Positions 56,792 through 64,000 of a DNA stretch of 64,000 nucleotides are shown one piece after another. Source of the DNA: Minutocellus sp. GHC0000111 (lineage: Eukaryota). A program made the position numbers and the translations under genes. Each line of letters opens with the position of its first letter. The first letter of the stretch is position 1. The stretch lies in NCBI GenBank assembly GCA_977018835.1, contig OZ361256.1, positions 1,426,001 to 1,490,000 on the forward strand, written 5' to 3'. The notes under the pieces are model-generated. The model saw only the letters and a program-made list of their open reading frames with translations, made no database searches and was not told the DNA's origin.

Positions 56792-57727
56792 TTATACCTG
56801 CATCTGCCCCTGCCGCCTTTCCTTCAGCATCCACATGGCCATTGCGGCGAGCCTCAGCCCGGACGGATCGATCCGCAGCGCATCCCTCACCGACCCGTCC
56901 AATACCGACGCCTGTAGATGGGCAAGCATTCCAAGCAAGTCGTCCTCGCTGCGTCCAATCAACCCGCCGCTGCCCATGCCACTCCAAGCACCACTACCGC
57001 CACTCATAGCTTCTCCAGAAGGAAGAGCGGCCGCTGTTGCTGCCTGCTGCTGCGCCATCTCTTCCGATGCCGCGGCAAAGGCAACCGCCGACGGGTTGTT
57101 CCTCAGCGCATCCCTCACCGTGCCATGTTGCGCAGAAGGTGGTAAGACCGAAATGGCCAGTACCCCCAAGATGTCCTGGGCGGGAGGAGCTGAAGAAGAT
57201 GGCATCGTGGCCGGTGGGGTTGCACCGCTGTTGGCACCGTTGGCACTGCCACCGTTTTCTGCAAAAGGAGCATGAGATGCCAAGGCCCCCTCGACTTGGC
57301 GGCGCCGATCGGCGGTGCTCTCGACCAGCTCACCGGTAGTTCTCTTGACGAATGCATATGCGGAAATAGCATCGCTGCTGAGCGACGGGACGGCGGTGAT
57401 ACCGTCGGCGAGATCGATTAGCCGCTTCCCCTCCATGACGGTGCCGACAACGACGGCGGTGCCCTGGGCGGCCCGAATGCAATTCATCGCCTTGAATCTG
57501 CAGAGATCCGTGTCCCTGTTTTTTATGTAATACTTCCCCGTCCTGTCCTTCAGTCCTTCGTCGGCGTTCTCTTCTTCCGGGGTCGGATACATCAGATCGT
57601 AGTTGGGCATCTCGCTGGGCCCTTTGAGTCGTCCTTTGATTCCATTCAAGGACTGGTCGCACATTGCGTAGTTCATTGCCACCACCCGGGCAACGGTGGG
57701 GTCGTGGTGAGCCTCGCCGCGAGCCAT
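56792..57727 (-). CDS. Paralogue with one diverged copy of the repeat domain and a C-tail near-identical to that of the 51070-55797 gene
   Basis: GITAVPSLSSDAISAYAFVKRTTGELVEST. 56770-57240 is near-identical to 51040-51503. Confidence 0.65.
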   Translation of the reverse strand: MARGEAHHDPTVARVVAMNYAMCDQSLNGIKGRLKGPSEMPNYDLMYPTPEEENADEGLKDRTGKYYIKNRDTDLCRFKAMNCIRAAQGTAVVVGTVMEGKRLIDLADGITAVPSLSSDAISAYAFVKRTTGELVESTADRRRQVEGALASHAPFAENGGSANGANSGATPPATMPSSSAPPAQDILGVLAISVLPPSAQHGTVRDALRNNPSAVAFAAASEEMAQQQAATAAALPSGEAMSGGSGAWSGMGSGGLIGRSEDDLLGMLAHLQASVLDGSVRDALRIDPSGLRLAAMAMWMLKERRQGQMQV

Positions 57728-57960
57728 CTTTCGCTTCTGATGAACTCCTTCGCTCCGTGTGTTGATTGGCGGCCGGCCAGTAGGCCTATTTTGTATACAC
57801 CAGTAGGCGGAGTTGCAGCGGCAGAAGTGTTCGGTGAGAGCCGGAGGGCCGCGGAGGAAGCATAGTAGGAATTCCTAGATCTCTGCACGAGCCGACATGA
57901 TGCGACGCGACGCGACATGTTTTGCTTTTGGCGCTTTGCTTTGCTTTACAGAGCTGACCA

Positions 57961-58893
57961 ATGTCCGGAAACCAGCAACACGCACGAGCGAAGAAGGAAG
58001 AAGGCAGACCAGCCAGCCGAGCAAACCGCAGCAGCGGCAACACATGTCAATACCAACCAAAGTCTTGCGGTGAGAATCGGCCCACAACTATTAGCCGCCC
58101 AAACAAAATTGGCAGGATGAATATCCATAATACCGTACTCAATTTTCAGGATGTAGCGCACTGGAATATGAACTTGAGTCTGCCTCAACCCAGGGCGTGG
58201 GACCAACGAAAAACCGTCCCCGTGTGGAGAGGAACCGGCTGGGGTCCAGGTCCACCACGACTTTCTCGAATCGAATCAGAATTCGAACAAAATATTGTCG
58301 AGAGAAATATGTCAGTTGCTGATGCTGGCAGTATTTTCTTTGCGTCCTTTCTTGACATGCGCCAAAATGGTAAAGGGGAGGACCGCCACCAGCGCTTGAG
58401 ACTTGTGCACTACTCAAAGGAGCACGCAGATCTTTTGGATGCACGACTATTTTCAGGAAGAGGAATACCGGATAAATACTGGAGTCAAAACAAATCCTTT
58501 GGGCTATATAGGATTTTGCCGTTTGATCCAATACCGGAATCGGTGTACTACACAAATTACACAACGCACGTGGTCATGGGTGGGATCGGCGCTGCTTTTC
58601 GAACGCGAAGAATTCTAGGGCAGCAAATCGCGGTAATGCTCCAGGACTTTCCCTACGAAGAGTGGTACATGCACCTGATGGTTCCGTTTGTCGACTACAT
58701 ACCACTCAGACAAAATTTGACGGACTTGGAAGACCGTCTCATCTGGATTAGAGACAATCCGGAAAAGGTCCGAGAGATTGCACTGAATGGAAAGAAATTC
58801 TTTGACAAATACCTTACATTTGAAGCCATGAGTGACTTCTATTACGAATTGATTTTTCGTTTGATGTTGTGTTGTGCTTCTGATGAGAAGTAA
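57961..58893 (+). CDS. Glycosyltransferase family 90 (CAP10/Rumi-like) C-terminal domain, apparently lacking its N-terminus
   Basis: PVWRGT, RLRLV, LLDAR and YEEWYMHLMVPFVDYIPLRQNLTDLEDRLIWIRDNPEKVREIALNG. Confidence 0.8.
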   Translation: MSGNQQHARAKKEEGRPASRANRSSGNTCQYQPKSCGENRPTTISRPNKIGRMNIHNTVLNFQDVAHWNMNLSLPQPRAWDQRKTVPVWRGTGWGPGPPRLSRIESEFEQNIVERNMSVADAGSIFFASFLDMRQNGKGEDRHQRLRLVHYSKEHADLLDARLFSGRGIPDKYWSQNKSFGLYRILPFDPIPESVYYTNYTTHVVMGGIGAAFRTRRILGQQIAVMLQDFPYEEWYMHLMVPFVDYIPLRQNLTDLEDRLIWIRDNPEKVREIALNGKKFFDKYLTFEAMSDFYYELIFRLMLCCASDEK

Positions 58894-58950
58894 GCCAAGG
58901 TACCATGGTGAGATTTTAATATAATCTAACTATCTAAATCTCATTCATTC

Positions 58951-60480
58951 CTACCGAGATCTGGCAAACAGCGATCTCTTGCTCGGTCGTCTCTGCCGAC
59001 GAAATACAGCTGATCTGGAACTACTACTACTGCTGCCGTTGGATCGAACGGTCGATGGGCCACGGATAAGGCTTCGGTGGCGTCGAATAGTACTTCGCTT
59101 GTTGGGGGTGCAGGTGCCAGCATCGGTGGTAGAGATGCCCGATGAACAGTAGGATAGCCGATATCCGGCGGCCACGAACACGGAGAAGGTTATAATCAGC
59201 TCGATTATAAGCTGTATTGGATGGGCCGTGCCGTCGAGGGATGAGAATTCATGAAGCTTCCAGTTCAAAGGTGCCATATTGATAAGGGACGTTCCTAGAA
59301 CAGCGAGGAATGCCGTGCCGAGGAAGAATCGAACGGCTGGACTCTTCTTCGCCTTCCTCGCCATTGATCTCAATCTTCGCGAGAGTATGCGTGCCTTGCG
59401 CTTCAGCACATGCTCTAATTTGGTCTTATCTGGATAGGATTCAGTTTTGACAGTAATAGTATCCTCCTGGTGATACAGCGGCGGAATAAGCGGTGGGGGT
59501 GGTAGTGGCAGTGGCAGGTGGTCCCCGTGAGGATGCTGGTCGTCAGCGTCCCTGGCCATCTGTTCGATCGTCATGGCCGTGGTCATTCGACGGTGGACTG
59601 CAGGGATGGCAATGTACGGGGGGCAGGGTGTGGCAGGGCTGCTCTTCTGGCTGTACACCGAGCCAAGAGATGGCGACGAGCAGGAATCGGCGGTCGAAAG
59701 ATTTGGGATGACCATTGATGTGGAGGTTGGTGATGTTGGATGGTGGTGGCTGTACGGGCTGTAGCTGTTGGCGTAGGGATGTGCGGTTCTCTTCGTTTGT
59801 TGTTTGGATGTGCCTTTCTTGATGATTAGAATTTTGAGTAATACTACCAAGATGGTGGGCAGTAGCAGGAGAGCGGCGAGAAATATTGCGTGCTGTGACT
59901 CACATTTCATGTTTGGTATGTCGAGTAGCTGTACTGGCAGGTGGTCGTACAAACTTGCAGAGAATGACATCCAGTGTTCTCGGAGCGACGGCGGTCGTTT
60001 CTTCTGCTGCTCTTCTTGCATCTTTTCGACTGTATTGCGCAGATCGTTCAGCTGATCTTGCAGGTTGGATATGGTGAATCCCATGCTCTGTTGCAGTGCG
60101 GCCATCTCAAACCGATGTGTGTGGTGTTGTGATTGGATCAATAAAAGATATTGCTCGTGATCTTTCCGTTGTAGAAGGGCGTTGGACATTACATGTAGCA
60201 TGGTTGGTACATGTAGGATGGCGTGGTGCATTTCGTTACATGCACATGTAGCAGCGGTTGGGTTGGTCGATTCTACGGACATTGACTCCGATCGTCGTTG
60301 CGGTGGCGGCGGCGGAAGCTTGTTGTTGTTATTGTCGTCGTTTTCGTTCTCTTCTTTTACGATTGCAGCGCACGTGTTCTGTGAAGAACTGGTAGTAGCT
60401 CCCAACAGCACCGTCTGGTGGAGGGACGAGGCCGACTTGGCAGCGATGGTGGCGCCCAGGCCCGCCATGAGCAGTAGCAT
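58951..60480 (-). CDS. Hypothetical membrane protein with a coiled coil and about 3 TM segments
   Basis: 509-aa ORF with an N-terminal hydrophobic leader and TMs AIFLAALLLLPTILVVLL, FFLGTAFLAVLGTSLI and LIIELIITFSVFVAAGY. Confidence 0.7.
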   Translation of the reverse strand: MLLLMAGLGATIAAKSASSLHQTVLLGATTSSSQNTCAAIVKEENENDDNNNNKLPPPPPQRRSESMSVESTNPTAATCACNEMHHAILHVPTMLHVMSNALLQRKDHEQYLLLIQSQHHTHRFEMAALQQSMGFTISNLQDQLNDLRNTVEKMQEEQQKKRPPSLREHWMSFSASLYDHLPVQLLDIPNMKCESQHAIFLAALLLLPTILVVLLKILIIKKGTSKQQTKRTAHPYANSYSPYSHHHPTSPTSTSMVIPNLSTADSCSSPSLGSVYSQKSSPATPCPPYIAIPAVHRRMTTAMTIEQMARDADDQHPHGDHLPLPLPPPPLIPPLYHQEDTITVKTESYPDKTKLEHVLKRKARILSRRLRSMARKAKKSPAVRFFLGTAFLAVLGTSLINMAPLNWKLHEFSSLDGTAHPIQLIIELIITFSVFVAAGYRLSYCSSGISTTDAGTCTPNKRSTIRRHRSLIRGPSTVRSNGSSSSSSRSAVFRRQRRPSKRSLFARSR

Positions 60481-61448
60481 TCAACTTACCTTGTTTTTGG
60501 AAGCAATGTCCGATCTACTATTCGAGAAAGACGAATGGATGCGGGTGGATGGATGTCGGTCGTCGCCGCGTCAACGGACCGCGCGCAAAGTAGCGAAGCA
60601 CGGAAGTGGAGCAGAAAGTGGAGCGAGGGAGGTTCGGATTCAATTCTCTTTGTTCAGTTCAGTTTTTCATTGATTCGATGATTCCTTGTCATTGAATGAT
60701 GATGAACATGGCTTCTTGTCATTTGACTGGCTCCCTCTAACCAAAACCGTTGGCCTTGCTTCCCTGTGACTGCTTCCTCGGGCAATTATTGTCGGCCGGT
60801 TATGGGCCGGTTTGGTCTTGACGTCTTGCTTCTTGTGACTTTTGAGATTTCTGAAAATGAGCCTCACTCTCCAGCGTTAAAATTACTGTTTTTTATTGGA
60901 GCTAACATTTTCGAAGTGTCGGTGGGAAGGCGGACTTGCGGGACCAACGAATGAGCCCGGGAAAATCTCTAGCTAAGTAGATCGACGACGAAGCAACCAA
61001 GCAAGTCAAGGCGGCAGGGCAGGCAGCGCCCGATCGAACGACCTCCCATACCCTGCTCTCGTGAGTGGTGAACCGCACAGTGTGGGTCTATCAACAGAAA
61101 CCCCCCGACATCTTCCCTCATCGACGTAGAACACCATTCTGCTGCCTTGATCGGCATCTTTTGGCGGTGGTTTTTGGTTCAATCGAATCTCGTTTCGCAT
61201 CGTGGGGCGGGCTGAGCTGACGACTCTCGACTCGAGCAGGCGACGCCGAACTAACTCGACCAAAATTAAATTTCAAGGGAACCAGCATAGCAGCGCAGGC
61301 AGGGAGAGCCACACTCCGTTGGGTAGAACGGCTTTCTGTGTTCCGAATATAATACCGTGGCGGTTGGGACCATCGACATCGAGTGAGCCCGACGATAGCC
61401 AAAACCGCTCGACGACAAACAGCCAGCCAGCCAGCAGCCACAGCAACA

Positions 61449-64000
61449 ATGGCCGATGGCGATACCAACACCAACCCCACCTTCAACGGCGGCGGGGGCG
61501 GCGGTCCCGCCGGCAAGCAGGAGGCATCGACCTCGGCCTCCTTTCCTCCGCCCGGCACGGCCCGGCGCCTCCTCCGCCTCCTGGGCGGTTCCCTCCCCTC
61601 TGCCAACTCCAGTTCCTGCGGCAACAACAATTCGAACGCCGCCTCGCAATTGTCCCAGCCGGCGGTCATGGCAGCTGGCAGTGCAGGTGGTAGTGGACAG
61701 GCGCAGCCGCTGACCGAGCAGGAGGGGGGCGACCTATTTGCGTACCTCCAAAAGTACGGGAGGGCGCTGCACGCCGACGACTGCGGTCGGAGGAGACGGC
61801 TGATCAGGAGGCGCAGAGAGCAGCAGCAGCAAGAGCAGCAAGATGCAGGGGTGCAGCGGGAGGAGGAGGGTGGCATCCACAACAACGCTGCAAGCGACGA
61901 CGAGGATGGCAACGACGGCAACAATGGCGGCGAGAATGCCAACGAGGATGGCAGCAATAATCGGGACGATGCCCTCTTCGCGGCCCTCGTTGTGGCCACC
62001 CTCCGAGCGGCCCATCGCTCGACCGCCGACCCCTTCCGCTCCTCGGCCGTGGGTGCCACCAATAGCAGTGAAAGTGGTACCAGCACCAACCATGACCGTC
62101 CGACCAGCTCGGGCAGCTCCTCCTCCGGCAGCATCGACGCAGGCGGTGGCGGTATGGGGATGGCAATGATGGAGATTGATACGCCCCTGGCGGTGGCCAA
62201 TATGATGGCCAGCGGGGGACCCCCGCCGTTCACCCCCCGGTTGGCACGACGGTTGCTCACCGACGGATTGCTGCCGCTGGCCGGCGTCGGCGGTGGTATG
62301 GGTGGTGGTAATGGTAGTGGTTGTGGTGGTATGGGTGGGAATGGCAATAATAACGAAGAGGAGGAGGAGCAGGAAGAGGATAACGACGATGTGGTCGGGG
62401 AGCTCGTCCGCAGGTGCGTGGTGGAGTGCATACTGCCCTGCGCGGTGGTGGTCACGAGTGATCCGAATGCAACGTCTGCCGGTGCTGGAATGGGTGTTGG
62501 CGTGGGCAACAACAACGTGAACATGGACGGGAGGAACTGCAACTCGGACATTGGCATCGACGTCCTGCTCCCCTCCTATCTGAATCGGTTGGTCGGCACG
62601 GGCCATCGGCGGGCCCCCGCCATCCTCGACGCGCTGTGCGCCGTGCCCCGATCGGGATACAGGTTGCGTCCCCATAGGGCGGCCGCCGTGGCGGCGGCGC
62701 TGGGAGAATTGTCCGATCTGTGTCCCACCGCCTTGACCGGATGCGTCGGCCCCGTGGCCGTGTCGGTACAAGAGGAGGGTGAGGAGGGGGATGACGCCAG
62801 CGCTACGGGCAAGCCCAAGAAGACCAAGAAGGAGTCGAGCAAGAAGAATAACAAGGACTCGAACAGCAACAAGCAGAAGGATGGCGGAGGAAAGAACAAC
62901 TCCAGCAACAAGAGCAAGGAGAATGACAATATCGACCGCATCACCAGCCTGACCGACGCCCTCCTGCGCTCCCTCCGGACGCTGACGACCGTCCACACCC
63001 AAGAGCTCGACTGCCTCCCACCCCTGGTGTACCAGCTGTGCCTCCTCCCCTCGAAGATTGAACGCGGATCCAGAGCCGCCGCCGGGGATGGCACGGGACG
63101 ATCGTCCTTTTTGGCGATGCCATCCAAGGCTGCTACCAGTGGTGGTAGTAGTGGTGGCGGCGGTGCTTCGACGGCAATGGTGGTGGCGGTATCGGACGTC
63201 ATCACGGTAGAGCTGCGCATCCGCATATTGGCCGGTATCGCCGACGTCTTTGATGGGCTGAGGGAGAAGGTCGACGTGGCAGCACGGGCTGCCGCCGAGG
63301 CATTGGCCAGCGCCGATTCGGCGGCTACTGCTGCTGCTGCCGCTGCAGGGCAGCAGCGTCGGGCGCTGGGCATTGACGCCGATGCCGTTCGGTGGGCGGT
63401 TGGAACATCGCTGAGTCATGTTGGTACGTACTGTTTGGTCCTTGATTCAGCCGACGACTTACAGTTATATCATTAATCTCTCATTCGTTTCATATTGGCA
63501 TTCCTCTCAACTCTCCAAACTCCGCGTTTATATCTTCCGCAATATGTTTGAACAGGAACTGGCCTCAGGGGAGATCCAGATTTGGTCAAGGCCGTTCTGC
63601 GACTCGTCAAGGGCGATATCCCCGCTTCCGTCCATGATATAGACTATTCATCTGCGCCCTTCCGCTACCTTCGGCTCACTCCCTTCCGCCTCTGTCTTGG
63701 TGTGACCGCGGCATCCGCCCTTCCTCGTACCCGAGCCACGGCACTGGAGGCCGTACGTGACCTCATCGTCGAGGAGCAAACCATCGCCACCAAGCGTTCG
63801 CAAAGCCCCTGGTTCAATGCCGTCGCCGGTGCATCCGTCCTACTTGCCGAGAAGGATCCCAACAATGAGCGTGTATCGGCCGAATTCCGTGATGGTTCTA
63901 CCCTGGGAAGTCTGGAGGGACGTGCCAAACGCAGTGACAAGGCTGGACGACACGTCTTTTCCTGTATCCAGTCCGTCGTTGGCTTTGCATCGTCCAAGGA
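61449..64000 (+). CDS. FANCI: Fanconi anemia group I protein homologue, 5' part (runs off the window)
   Basis: QELDCLPPLVYQLCLL resembles FANCI LQEIPPLVYQLL. Intron 63424-63555, after which the frame reads GDPDLVKAVLRLVK...LTPFRLCLGV (FANCI LSPFSIALLL region). Confidence 0.7.

Noticed and set aside
61118..63419. Long antisense ORFs (479 and 561 aa), and similar ones over other GC-rich genes
   Set aside because: Shadow frames of GC-rich coding sequence with no independent motifs.

Overview
Eukaryotic nuclear DNA, most likely from a diatom. The evidence is GT-AG introns, a bipartite 'CQA-F' plastid targeting motif, a luminal double-SET protein and CoDi-like Copia relics. Recognisable genes are ubiquitin-RPL40, a thylakoid-lumen FKBP, a SET-domain protein, a 3-exon myosin, a GT90 glycosyltransferase fragment and the 5' part of FANCI, among unknown ORFs, pseudogenes (ccdA, MYND) and transposon relics. 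Three signals stand out. (1) Transposon-derived segments (about 5.9-8.4 kb, 37.1-38.4 kb, probably 1-0.5 kb) have lost essentially all RTAY tetramers. A repeat copy inside one of them differs from its in-window homologues by TA->TG/CA changes, suggesting a repeat-targeted A:T->G:C hypermutation opposite in direction to fungal RIP. (2) A gene fuses a histone H3 tail mimic (KTKQTARKSTGG) to a C-terminal SUMO-like di-Gly domain. It lies tail-to-tail with a Tudor protein carrying tandem copies of an unrecognised ~140-aa domain; this cassette is partly duplicated and its modules are shuffled among three paralogues. (3) A TE cluster at 34.7-42.4 kb holds a Chapaev-type element with TIRs and an AGTT TSD, plus a 3.2-kb foldback element with ~1.35-kb arms. 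All alignments and motif counts were done by eye and need computational confirmation.
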